A stretch of DNA of 64,000 nt, from contig CBFDEM010000007.1 in NCBI GenBank assembly GCA_965603825.1, positions 62,001 to 126,000 of the forward strand, in the 5' to 3' direction. The notes beneath the pieces were generated by a model, which saw only the letters and a program-made list of their open reading frames with translations, was not told the DNA's origin and made no database searches. Numbering within the stretch: position 1 is the stretch's first letter; every line of letters begins with the position of its first letter. The translations under genes were made by a program, and so were the position numbers. Shown piece by piece: positions 26,101 through 38,698 of this stretch. Source of the DNA: Blepharisma stoltei ATCC 30299. Its lineage: Eukaryota > Protista > Ciliophora.

Positions 26101-28166
26101 TTGAAGTTGAAAATTTGGATGGAAGTTCAAAAATGTGCTAGAAGCATTTTGGTGAAACTTATTGACCTTTAATTAGACAATAGCCGTTTAAATAATAATG
26201 TTAGATCCCCAATAAGAGTACAATTCTGGTATTATTAGGTTTAAATGAGATTCATTATATTTATTAAAAATACTTACCGGAATTCATATTTAAAGTATGA
26301 TAATATATTATAAATAGTGTTAACTTAACTTTTACCGCTTCCTAATGAAGCATTTCTCTCTTTATTATTCAAAAATTCTTCACCATCAATAACTTCTTCG
26401 CCGCCACAATCATCTTCAACTACAACAGTAACATCGTCAAAAGCCACAACATCAACAAAAACACAACAAAACAAAAAATTTCAGCATCAATAACAAGTAT
26501 TACAAACTCCATCAAGCTATACTCATCTTCATCTTCAGATGCTCCATACAAAATCCACAAAACTCCATTTGCTAATGTAGCACCAGCTCGAACCTCCGAA
26601 ACCAGCCATCAACATACAGAACCAACATTTGTGAATTCACTATGTACCCATGCATCTCTGCATGAAATCAAGCATCACGATAATTCCCTCCGTCTTTGGC
26701 ACTTTCGCGCCATTTTGTGCTGGATTAAATAATTATATAAATATCGTGAAATGGCAATGCTCTATTATTTTTTATGTTTTTTATTATAATGATTGGTAGG
26801 ATTTTTGAAAGAGTAGTGCCTTATTTTAACATTGAATCTTAAATTTAATTTCGGAGATACAACAAACCTATATTATCTAGATGTGACTTTTAGTTCTTTA
26901 GGATCAAGCAATTTAGGGACTGGACTATATGCTAGTGGACAAATCCCTGTAATTAGTGCAGTATCTGGAGCGACGGCCACTCTTGACCCAACATCAAAAA
27001 CAGTGACTATCTCTGGACTTGGATCTGTTGACGTGGGCAATACAGTAACCGTTTATCTGCCTTATGGAGGAGATATATCTGTAAGCTATACTACAACTCA
27101 AACTTTCTATTATCTTGTGGCTGGAGCTGACCCAGCAAATAAAATGGTTCTATATACTGGAACAGGAGGAACTACCTTTACTTCAACAGGTCAAGTTAAA
27201 TTTTCTGCAGGATCATTTACGAGCCCTGCATCTGGGGAATATAATGTTGGAGGAACTTCTGTTACTACTACACTAAGCGTAACACCTGACTCTTCGATAA
27301 CTTCCGACGTAACTTCAGGCTGGATTGGGGTGGGGCTACCTGCAGGTTTTACTTCTTCGTCAACAAAACTAAGCCTAGGCTCAAATTCTGCAGCATTTTA
27401 TAGTGTTTATTCATCAAGCAGCTCATTTACAGGAGGATTCATGATTGCACCACTTTCAGCCAGTATGTTAGTTGCTAAAACAGTAGCAAATACTCTTTCA
27501 ATGGATAGTGGCCTAATTGTTCCATCTTCTACAGGGTCATCATCAGGGGCAGGAACAGGAACGTTCACAGTATTTATGGCAGGCTCTACAATAGGCAGCC
27601 AATGCACATGCGCATCACAATCATCCCCAATAACAGTTAGTATCAACCCTGCAACGATTACTTCTGATACCTGTACAATAGACAAACTCTACGCTCAAGG
27701 CTCAGACTCAGTCGATTCTACCCTCACCTTTACATTTACTACTGTAAACCCTATTCCTGCAGGCGGAAAAATTACTATTACTCTAGCTTCAGGCTCCTGG
27801 ACATTGCAATCATCATCTCCTCTTGTAACCACATGCCAAGGAGTTGGGTTCTCTGATCAATCACAAGCTCTCTTGCAATCATGTGCTGTATCAGGAACAA
27901 CAGTCAGTTTGACTCAATTTTCTAAGATTGCTGAAAGTTCAGTCAGTGTAAAGCTGTATTATGTAATCCCAACATCCACAGCTGCAGGCTCAATATATTG
28001 CTATACTGCTTTAAGTACTTATGATGAAAATGGCAATGTTATAGATTCTGCATCTAGCTTAACTAACTCTGTCACTGTAGTAGTTTCAACTGCAGCAGGT
28101 ACCACAAACACCAATTCTTTTGTTACTAAACCATATCCAAATGTAGCTAGGGAAACCACTGGCTAG
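23122..28166 (+). pseudogene. Surface-protein family copy 4 (type A), interrupted by a 1,631-bp insertion, truncated
   Basis: ATG at 23122, open (UGA=Trp) to FHALN at 25206, and homology resumes at 26838 (LKFNFGD). Exact removal of the insert gives a 1,137-aa ORF ending KPYPNVARETTG-TAG, fused to the family 3' flank. Confidence 0.8.
25201..26837. mobile_element. 1,631-bp insertion flanked by a TTGAAT direct repeat
   Basis: TTGAAT at 25201-25206 and 26832-26837. Paralogs read catgctttgaatat.aa.tttaatttt uninterrupted. No terminal inverted repeat or recognisable transposase. Confidence 0.8.
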
Positions 28167-29365
28167 AAAGCCTTCTCTTGCCAATCTTTTTAGATCCTCT
28201 AAATTTATTTTTAGGTTTTATATTTTTCTATTTAATTATGCCTCATTTTCTGTTTAATTATGCTTATGCATTTTATCTTGTTTTTTAATGCAAATCTGCT
28301 TCTTTTCTAATTTAAGTGAGATGAAGCAGCCATATGGTAGAAATGGTTTTATACCAAGATGGACAGTATTTATGTTTCATTTTGGGATTTAGCAAAAGAG
28401 TTTTTTTTGAATTTCAATATAGAAAAGTTCATTAAGCTTTTCAGCAAGTTTTTAAAAGAAAGACCTCTCTTTTATTCTTTTCCTTAAAGTATAAAAACAT
28501 TAATTTACTATATTTTCTGATAAAGTGATCTTATTTTAGTTCTTTTAGCATGATGGCCTAAATTCTATATAGCAATGAAGCTTCTCAAAACTTAAAAAGC
28601 TCACAAGGCATTAAATCTCCATACTTCATGCCTTTAATTTGCTTATAATAGATTTATTATGAGTATCTTCAATAATTCTCTTCAGAAGATGATAAAAACT
28701 ATTTTCTAGATCAGTTAAGATTTTCTTACCTTGTATGATAGGTAGAGGATTCACCGAATAAATACAAACTATGCATATTCGATTTTTTAAAATTTTGAAA
28801 TTCAGATTTTCAGATTGTAAACTGAGTAATGGACGTCAGATTCCTATTTATTCTTTTCCTTCAGCTTTTAAAATTTTAAGATCTAGATTTTAGGTGTTCA
28901 GTTTTTGCAAATTAATTTGTGTGTCATCCTTTACTTTTGCATTTAGAAAATTAGCCTTGGTGTTTTTAGATTGTAAAAAATTATTCAACTATATCAAAAA
29001 TTGAATTTTAGAAATTTTAAATTTATTAATATTGCATGCGCTCTAGTCTTCTGATTTTTTCATATTTCCCTATTTTATACAAAAATTTAATTTTCTTTTA
29101 TATATATAAATAAATCTAAAATTTTCCAGAAACTTTTATAAATCTCTTATGCAAAAAGGCTCAGATATCTAATAATATAAAAACTTAAAAATATTGTTTA
29201 TTTTGATGTAAATTTACGAATTATAAAAAATAAAGTGTTTTGGCTTCAGACAGTATTTGATTTTTAGAGCTAGGATAGCAATTATTTTGATATAAAGCTT
29301 ATACAACTTAAAATTAGGTTAATAAAGCAATTTTGCTATTACTTTTTATTTAATAGAGCCTAAAA

Positions 29366-30216
29366 ATGTCAAGCAATCCTGACTCATCAAAGCTGTTTTG
29401 GAATTTAAACTAAAATTTAGCAGATAGGAAGGAAATTTGGAGTGCTTTGACTCAGATAATGAAAAAATTTTGCTATTGATGAGCTGGAATCCTGGAAGAG
29501 AAATTATGGAAGAAAAAGCTAAGACTGAAAGGAGCGATGAAGATGAAGGTAAGAATGGGAGTGACAAGGAGCATCTAGGTAGGCTACCAAAGAAAATAGC
29601 TTGCACGAGGGAGATCTGCTGTATTGGGAGGACTGATCCAGGTGATGTACAGAGCAGGAAAAACGGGAATCAGCATAAGGGAATAAGCAAATACGAGAAT
29701 ACCAGAAGATTTGCCAGAACTAATGATTGAATTAGAAGAAGTGCTCTGGAAGAGGCTGATGAAAAATTTCCGTCTTAAATTAATGCATCTAGAAAAGAAA
29801 GGGAAGTAGAAGTTTGAGAAAATATAGAGAAGGAAAAGGAAACTGAATGCCTAGAGAATGAGAATAAAAAGCATTGCGTGCTCCTCAGTTAATCAAGGGC
29901 TTTAGATAATGAAGATGATCCTAAGAGGAGCAGAGGATTAAAAAAGAAGGGAAAAGCTGAAGATGAAATGAAGAAGATAAAGACGAAATGAAGAAGATAA
30001 ATGGAGATGAGAAAAGCTAGCAGCTTGGAAGAAAAAGAAGAAGCAATAATGGTAAGAAATCTGAAGTGCAGATGCAGCAATGAAGTTATTTCATTGAGAA
30101 ATACTTAGGATAAAATGTGGAGAGAAGACTTGCCAGATAAATTGGTTGAATTAGAAGAAGTGGTAGCAAATAGCGGAGGAAGCAAGATGAAGCAGATAAC
30201 TATTCAAGTTGACTAA
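29366..30216 (+). pseudogene. Decayed Glu/Lys-rich gene, repeat copy d
   Basis: Homologous to 6331-7182. Confidence 0.6.
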
Positions 30217-30818
30217 TGGAAAACCCCAATGGGCGTCAAATTCCTATTTATTCTTCTCCTTCGATGTTTTCAATTTTAAGATCTTGATTTTTGGTGTTCA
30301 GTCTTGCAGCTAATTGGTGTAATTATTCCTTACATCTTTTACTTTTGCATTTAGAAAAATTAGCCTTGGTGTTTTAGATTGCAAGTATTGTCTCAAAAAT
30401 TATTCCATTATATAGACTTTATTGTAGACAAGCTCAAGAATTGTATCAAGAGAATTTTTAAATCTATATATATATTACACGCGCTCTAGTCTTCCCTGAT
30501 TTTTTTCATATTTTCCCTTCTTTTACATATAAATGTAAACTGGGTTGATTTTTCTTTTACTCAAAGAATTTTAATCTCATGAATTTTTATAAATTTCTTA
30601 TGCTAAAAGACTAATAATATAAAAACTTTAAAATATTGTGTTTATTTTATAGCAAACTTATTAATTATCAATAATAAAGTGTTACGGCTTCAGACATTAA
30701 TTAAATTTTTAGAATGAAGATAGCAATTGTTCTGATATAAAGCTTATACTAATTAATATCAGGCTAAGCAAACGATTTTGCTATCAAGTAATTAATTTTT
30801 TATTAATCGAGTCTAAAA

Positions 30819-31684
30819 ATGCCAAGAAGGCCTGACTCATCAAAGCTGCTTTGGAATTTGGCCAATGCTTAAGCAGATGGGAAGGAAATTTGAGATGCTT
30901 TGAATCAGATAGTAAAAAATTTTTGCTATTGGATGAGCTGGAATTCTGGAAGGAGGAATTATGGCAGTTGGAGGAAGAATGGGCTGAGACTGAAAGGAGC
31001 GATGAAGATGAAGGCGAGAATGTGAGTGAAAAGATGGTCTAGGTAGGCTACTCAAGGAAATAACTTGCGTGATATAGATCCACTGTATTGGGAAGGAGTA
31101 ATCCAAGCGATGGATAGAGCTGGCAAAATGAGAATGAGTATAAGGGAAGAAACAAATACTAGAATCACAAAGATTTTTCAGAATTAATGGCCGAATTAGA
31201 AGAATTAGCCCCATAAGAGCCTGAGGTTAACTTTCGGCCTAAATTGGCATCTAGAAAGAAAGGGGAAAAGATATGAAGAAGGAAGAGAAAACTGAGTACC
31301 TGAGAAAGGAAAATGAGAATCACGGTAGGCTTGCTAGTTTATCAAGGACTCTAGATGATGAGATGATCCTAAAAGGAGCAGCAAAAAGAGGATGAGAAAA
31401 GAAGGGAGGAGCTAAAGATGAATATTTAAAAGAAGATAAAGGCGGAATTGAAAATGAACTGAAAATATAGGGGTTAACGTGGAGAAAGGCTTAGATGATA
31501 ATGAGAAAAATCCATCAAGAGCTTGGAAGAAAGAAGGAAGAGATAGCATGATTCTAATTCATTGAGAAATACTTAGGAATAAAGCGTGGAGAGAAGATTT
31601 GCCAGATGCATTGGCTGAAGTAGAAGAAGTGGTAGCAAACAGTGGAGGAAACAAGATGAAGCAGAACTATTTCAAGCTGACTAA
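30819..31684 (+). pseudogene. Decayed Glu/Lys-rich gene, repeat copy e
   Basis: Homologous to 6331-7182; closest to copy f. Confidence 0.6.
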
Positions 31685-32339
31685 TTGGGAAAATCTATAA
31701 GGGTTAATAAATGATGATGGTGATGATGCTATCAATCAGCCCAATTTTAAATTACTCTTTTAGCTATTTATAAGAAATTTGCAAGGTTATATCAACAAAA
31801 TGATTTTCATGCCTTGATATTAGCAAACAATTTCAAAGCCCCAAAAATATTATAAAATTTAGAAAATCCTAAATTCCAAGCAAAACTTCAAGATGCTTTA
31901 CGTTTTGCTAAAAATGAAGTTTATATGAAGCTATTATACTAAAAAGAAATTTTAATAATAATTGCAAATGCATTTGATAAAGCCTAGATAAATAACCTTC
32001 AATTTGATTTATAGTTATTCAGCAATTATATACAAAAAATCAGAGAAAAATGTTGCAAAACAAGAGAATGTTTGAAAAAATTAAAAACACTACTGAAATG
32101 GATTTAGCAAAACAGAAATTTAATATTAAGAATATATCCTCCCTAAAAGGATAAAAATATTTACAAATATAAAGCGCAAGAAAATAGATAAAAGGCATCG
32201 AGTTTTTTGATATTCCTTAACTCAATAAACAAGAAATGGGGCTAGCATTAAGATCAGCTTAATTCAAGGATCGCTTAATTAAAGCCTCTTTGATTAAGGC
32301 TTTAATTTAATTTTCTTGAAGTTAATTAATGTTTTTTCT

Positions 32340-32625
32340 TCTATAATGCAAGATTCTTTCAATCAATGCAAAGCCCTCCAACTCTTCTGCTTCTCAATTA
32401 ATAATCACCCTGCATTTTCAGTCACAGGACTCTACCTGTCTTGCTTTTAACCCTTTATTTTTTAAGATAAGTTTGCTCATCTTATAAAGTTTCTAAAACC
32501 CAGCCAACTCTTTCATTTGCCTTGTAGGAATTGATGCTACCAATTTAAAGGCACCATTTAAGGTGCTAGCTACGTTTCCTCAAGCTATCCTTCTGTTGTC
32601 ACAGTCACTAAAGGATTATCAGTCA
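32340..32625 (+). pseudogene. Relic of the surface-protein C-terminal half
   Basis: ctgcttctcaattaataatcaccc...ttcagtcacagga...caagctatccttctgttgtc aligns to about 44415-44660. Confidence 0.6.
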
Positions 32626-35129
32626 CAAAAGTCTTAATTTGGTTATTTTTAATTCAAGTAGTCACTGTGTAAGTCTAGATTTTTACTCCTGATCAAGATT
32701 CTTACTTATTGAAGCAGTTTTCTCAAGGTTAGGCTTTTTAAATGGCTTCCTAATTTATTTTTGAAATAGAGTTCAGGGTCTTCCATAAACTTTTCTTTCG
32801 TTTGTGATTTCTAAAATTGAAATAAATAATAAATTTGATATTTTTTAATTCAAGGTTAGTGAGTTATTTTAGGCTTCAGTACTGTGACTAATTTTTTTTT
32901 AATTTTAGCATCTAAATAAAATCTGAATTTAGCTGCTTAGCTTTGGTATAGATTTTGATCATAGAACACAAAAGGCTCCTTATTTCTCTATTTAAAAGGG
33001 GCTCATATTCATAAATCAGGTAAAAAATATGCTGCTGCAATCTTTAATAAGACTTAAATAGCTCAGATATATTTATCATTATAGAAAATTTTCTTTGATT
33101 CATATTTGGACTTATGCCTTTAGCAACAAAAAATAATATAAAAATCATCTGCAAGACCAGAAGCTGGTGAAACTGATGCTTGTTTTTCAGAAATTTCAAG
33201 TTTTCTTTTATTAACTTTAGAAGGTATATTATTCATATTTCGAGGAATCCTTTTTGCACATTTTTACAAACAAAACTAAAGGAGTCTATCCCTATAAACA
33301 AAAGCTCAGGGGCCTAAATTTCGGCTCCACTTCCTCAGAAATCCCTTACTGAGACTGGAGCACTGATATTTGTCATTTTCTATATAGTTAAAATAGACCC
33401 AATTGAGATTCTGGCATCAATATTGAAAGATTCGTAGAGAAGAAAGCAAATTGCATTTTCTTGAGTCCACATCATCCATCATATAGAATTCGTCTTTTCG
33501 CTGACCAAGGCTGCAATTGTGTTTGAAAATTTCAATGAGCTGATGAAGATATCGTTGACAAGAGAATGCTTTTGGGCTTTTGGTGCTATCCTTGCACGTT
33601 TGAGGACTAACAAGGCCGAAGAGGGTAGATTCTAGATTTAATTATTGCATTACTAACGAATTTGAACATCATTGAGTTGAAAATCTTACTAAGCTTAATT
33701 TTAGCTCCTGGGTAATGTCCATATTCAAACATAATTTGACTGAGTAAAGGTAATTGGGCTTGTGTCGATAGAAATATGTACCTTCTTTGTCTCAGCAATT
33801 ATTTTATTAGTCTTAAGAGGTAATTGGTCAAATTATTCCTGGAGTCTTCTACTTTGTATTTTCAGCTTTTAAAAATATATAAAAAATAAGGAAAAGATGA
33901 AAAAGTAGAGAAGACTAGAGTGCATAAAATATTGATAGATTTAAAAAATTGCTTAGTAAATGCTTTTAAATGCAATTTCTGGGCTTAGCCAAGACTTACA
34001 ATCAAAGAATCCAGGACTAATTTTTTTTATACATAAAACAAGCTAAAAGATTTCTATCTTATCCTAGAGTTGCTTCAGAAATGTTTAATATAGCCAAGTA
34101 AGCTCGAGCTCTATAGGAAAAATGACTAAATGCAAATCATATGATTATTCTTTTTATTGAATGCTATGCTCGAAATTTAGAATATTGATACTCAGTGATT
34201 AAATTATATTTAAAATTCGGTAAAGTATCTTAATACATTGAGAGACTTATTTATTTTCGAAATTATCAAAATTACTTAATTTCTTTGCAAATTATGAAAT
34301 TGCTGAAATTTAAGCCGAAATAAAACTTAAATGCAGCGCATTAGATATAAAAAGCCACTGCGCCAGGAGAGGTAATTTTAGCCCGAAGGCATTGTTAGCT
34401 TGAAATTAAAGAAGTATCTCCTCGGCATTGAGCCAATTATAATTTGTCCATCTTTTTATAAACTAAAGCGAATGTAAATATTTTTATTATGGGACAACTT
34501 ATTAGCTCATAAATAAAGCTAAATTATTGATCAGCTTTAATATAATAAATAAATAAAATTTAATATTTTAATTATTTTGTTAGAGATTTAACGTCAATTA
34601 TATTAATTTTTTGATTAATTCATTTAGAATTGAAGGCTTAAGCACAAAAATATTCTATTTATTATGAATTTAATTATTTTAAAAGCTTTTTTTGTACAAT
34701 ATATCTCATATTTTCAGATCTGAAGAAATTTTGATTCAAAATATACAATAATAGCGTCATTAGCCACAGAGTAAATTGAATTAGTAGCCTTTTTATATTC
34801 CTAAAATTAATCTTGAACCACATTTAGCTATCATTGAAACTCTTCAATAGCTTATTAAAAAATATCTATAAAGTTTATAAACGTTTTATTTAGCTAAAAA
34901 ATTCAAATCTGCATAAATAAACTACAATTAAAGGTTTAAAGCAAAAATTTCGCTTTTTGTTTATGCATTTAAGAGAAATTTTTCCATTTTTTAGTTTTTA
35001 TATGAGAAGATCTATTATAGGAAAACTTTCCCTAAAAAGAAGATGAGATGAATTGAATTATATTCAATATACACTTCTGATGAAAAGACAAAAATAAAAA
35101 ATGAGGAGGATTGGATATTTTCAAATTTA

Positions 35130-35330
35130 AAATCCTCAGCTGCTCGCTTTTCTCTTAAAATCAAAATCTGGTATGTTTTGGTTAGTAATGAAGACCGCAT
35201 GTCCCGCTTCTTAAGCCATTTTCAATCTGTGCTATAATCCTCTTCACCTTCTTAATATTTTCTTCTTTTTCAACTTTTTTCTTACATTTCTTATGCTTTT
35301 TGCCAATGTTTAAACATTGAGATAGCATCC
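35130..35330 (-). pseudogene. Frameshifted relic of the winged-helix-like family 3' exon
   Basis: QIENGLRSG followed after a frameshift by SSLLTKTYQILILREKRAAEDFK, matching IEDDLRSGTTEPSLLTKTYQVLTSGDKQAAEDLK of 36589-36876. Confidence 0.65.
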
Positions 35331-35921
35331 TCTAGCCTATATCCCAAAAGGTAAGACATTTGCAATATATAAAGTTAAGAAAAAGGTAAAGATGCCACCA
35401 TAATCAAAGCATTTCAGTTGCTATTTTGATTCCTCCTCGAGGTATAGTCCATAAAGTTTTAAAAATTTGTCTTGCATATAATGAGTTAAAAACTGGATAA
35501 GCATTATCTTCAGGCGAAAACCTATCAGGCCAAGTTTTAATGAAAATAAACAAATATTTAACCATCAGCTGCAAAGTTAGTTTTTTATTCGATTTCAACT
35601 TGCCAATTTAATCTATTTTTATATTTTAGCCTGTAGCTAGAATGCGAGTTTGGAATTATGCTTTAAATAAATTTCAAAAATGGATCAAAATTTCCAGCTT
35701 TTTGGCGTTCCATTTTGATAGGAATTCTTTCAAAATGAAATTGAAAGTTTTTGCTTTAAATTTTTTTTTGCAAATCGACTTCAAATCCTTTACTAACTAT
35801 ATCAGACTAATCAATTAATTATCCTCTTTATCTAGCCAAATTTAAATCCAATAAAAAGACAAGATTTTATTCAGAGTTTTGAAGTATTCCATGTTTGATG
35901 TTTTTGGCAATAAAAATGAGA

Positions 35922-36223
35922 AGATACTGCATTTTTCAATTTTTAAACTATTTTTTAATTTATCTTAATTTTATCTTTGCTAAGAGGCTTCTTCTTGAGA
36001 TATAGAAAACTTTAAATTCGATTATACTGAAAGGGCATTTTATTCCATTTTTCTCCAATTTTACGTGTGCTGACAACCTAAATATTGAATTTATTCGCCA
36101 CGATAAGATTATAAATTCCTGATCATTCTAGCCCTTGATAAGGCTTATCTCCTCATCCTCAATCAGCCTTAAACGTTTTTTCATTAGAAATTAGTACTCA
36201 TGATTGATCCCAAAAATCCGAGC
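35922..36223 (+). repeat. Orphan diverged copy of the surface-gene 5' flank module with no gene behind it
   Basis: ttatctttgctaagaggcttcttcttgag...acctaaa...attctagc...aggctt...ctcatgatt...caaaaatccg is colinear with 1351-1645. Confidence 0.6.
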
Positions 36224-36588
36224 TTAGGGTTTATCTTTGCATCTGAAACTTACACTGTTTTGGATGCAGATGAAGATTTTTAAGATGAAAAAAAAGAAAA
36301 CCTAAATTTAAGCCTTGAAATATAGGAAGAGCCCATCATGCTAATCAAAAGTATGTGCTAAAACTAATAAAATACTATAAATATCGAAACGATAGGGAAA
36401 CTTTTTGCTGAGCATAAACTCTTAAAAGATTAAGACTTAAATCCCTGCAGATTTATAGCGAATTGAACTCTAGAGGTGTTCAAGAAAGATTATTAGAAGA
36501 AAAATTACCCACAAATGTTATAAACTTTACTACTTGTCGAAAAAATAAAGCACTTTTAAGACGTAAAACACTAAATTAAAGCTTTATT

Positions 36589-37293
36589 CTAAGGAGATAT
36601 GCCCTTGAATGAAAGATAAGCAGATCTTATGACCGATTTAAGATCTTCAGCTGCTTGCTTATCCCCTGAAGTCAATACCTGATAGGTTTTGGTTAGTAAA
36701 GAAGGTTCGGTCGTCCCACTTCTTAAGTCGTCTTCAATCACTGTTTTTATCCTCTTCATCTTATCGATTTTTTCCCTCCTCATTTCATTTTTTTTCTTAT
36801 ATTTCAATTTACCTTTGCTAGAATTTACAGCCTTCATTGATTTATACTTTAATTCGTATTTTTCTGCCTCCTTTTCCTAACTCTCAATTACATTTAAGTA
36901 ATAGTGAAACCGATCATTTAATAAGAAAAGCTTTGGATACCAAGTCAAAGCATAATCCACTATCCCAAAGGCACTTTTCTTGTATTTTCCTTTTACTGAA
37001 GTCACGAGGGAGTCTTCCTTAGACTTCACGAATTCAACTATTTTTTCGATAGGTGCTGGACTGTGATTTCGTAAAAAGTACATAACACAGCCAACTGCAG
37101 TGTTTTTGAAAGCTAATAATCTTTTTCCCTCTTCTACTCCTTGGCTTACTTGACTGTGATTATTCTCAATTTGTTGAGAATCTAGACCAGAAGATGCTGC
37201 TTGCGTGTCATAAGCTTCTTGGTTTTCGCAAATTTCGTCACTGGAGTGCTCTGCATTTGCTGTACCTGCTTCATCTATACTGCTATTCTTCAC
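36589..37293 (-). CDS. Winged-helix-like family protein, about 229 aa; exons 37293-36892 and 36876-36589; start codon uncertain
   Basis: The intron GTAATTGAGAGTTAG (36891-36877) joins two track ORFs in frame. Near-identical core to 20523-21131 (KNTAVGC...KGKYKK.AF.IVDYAL.WYPKLFLLNDRFHYYLN). The paralog's ATG corresponds to ATA here. Confidence 0.7.
36877..36891 (-). other. 15-nt spliceosomal intron
   Basis: GTAATTGAGAGTTAG on the minus strand, A at position 10, in-frame TAG. Confidence 0.85.
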
Positions 37294-38698
37294 TATCTTA
37301 ATAATTATCTACAATTACTGAATATCTGTAATGAAAATGAAAAGTTATTTATTAGAAGCAATTTGATAGATTTATTTGATTTTTTATTAGCCTAATAAAT
37401 TTATTATTTATTCTGGCATATTAAGAGTCTGAAAACAATTTTTTAAAAAAATAGGATTTGTTTATGAATTTTAAGAATTCAGTATTTTTACAATTATTTT
37501 TATGTATAAGACCATATTAAGGTCTAGTTGATCTCCTTTAGTTTTGAGTAAAACCCAAAAAATTTTTATTGGATTGCCAATAATATGGATGAAAATTCTA
37601 ATCAAACTTTTTGAGCCATTTCATATAAATTTGTCTTAAAATATTTAATTTGCTATTCTTTTTTAGTGGAAGACCTTAAATTCAAATTCTTTATTCAAAT
37701 CCAACCTTAAAGATTGTAATAATTATTTTTGGGCTAATCATTTATTTTGCTTTTGAGCTTATAAAATTTTTATCTAAATTTAAATATGCAAATAAGAAAG
37801 TTATTAAAGGCCCAAATAAAAAAATTGCTCTTCTTAGTGCTTTGAATCTAAATTGTATTTTTAAAAAAAATTCAAATATTTTTTAAATCTTTTTACAGAA
37901 GCTATAAATTAAAATTTGATTAATTTGTGACGATAAGCATAAATTTCGATGGTAAAGGCCAAAAAATCTTTAAATTACAAATTTTTAATTATGTACAATT
38001 ATCCAAAAATTATAGAAGGAAAATGGCATTAAAGCGATAAAATAAAAAAGGCTTCTGATGATAAAATTTCAAAGGAAAATGAATTTATGCAATTACTATT
38101 ATACTCAGGTAGCATCTCCGGGCCTAAATCCCTAAAACGGACGAATATTTCGGGAGATATAAATGAAGGAGAGGACAAAAGATTTTAGTGCTTTTAAAAA
38201 CAAAAGTTGAAATTATGCTCTCTAAATAAAAAGATAAAAATTAAAGCAATCGCAATACCATAAATTAGAGGTTTTGTGCAAAAAATACCCAAAGAAGCTG
38301 GCCATCAGTCGCATGAAAAGCTTCGTTAAAGACCTCGATTGCAGAGATTTTATTCAAATTTTATAATATTGAATATCTGACTAAAAATAGCTTACGACAC
38401 TATATTTTCCTATTTCTAAAGCTTTATTTATTTTTCCTTTAATTTATCTTTGCTAATTAGGCTTCTTCTTGAGTTCTAAAGAGATTTTTCTAAAAAGGCT
38501 GGTATTTTTTCTCCATATTTAGTAGTTAGGCTAAGACTTAAAATTCTAATTCTTCTCCTCTCGACTTTTGCTAGGATTATGATTTTTCCTATCATTCCTA
38601 GCTTAAGGAGGCTTGTCTTCTTCAATTTCCTTCTTTAATTTTTAATTTTTACATAAAAGACGAGTCCTCATGATTCCATGCCAAAAATCCGGTCTCTC

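Larger units (their letters stand above)
30228..32725 (+). repeat. ~2.5-kb segmental duplicate of the spacer at about 46670-49085
   Basis: Shares diagnostic variants (gttcagtcttgcagctaattgg; ttttattaatcgagtctaaaaatg; ggggctagcatta) and the same end point gaagcagttttctca. Confidence 0.75.

Noticed and set aside
33100-33860. Moderately GC-richer, coding-like stretch
   Set aside because: The frames I read are interrupted by TAA/TAG on both strands and show no recognisable motif; possibly an unassignable relic.
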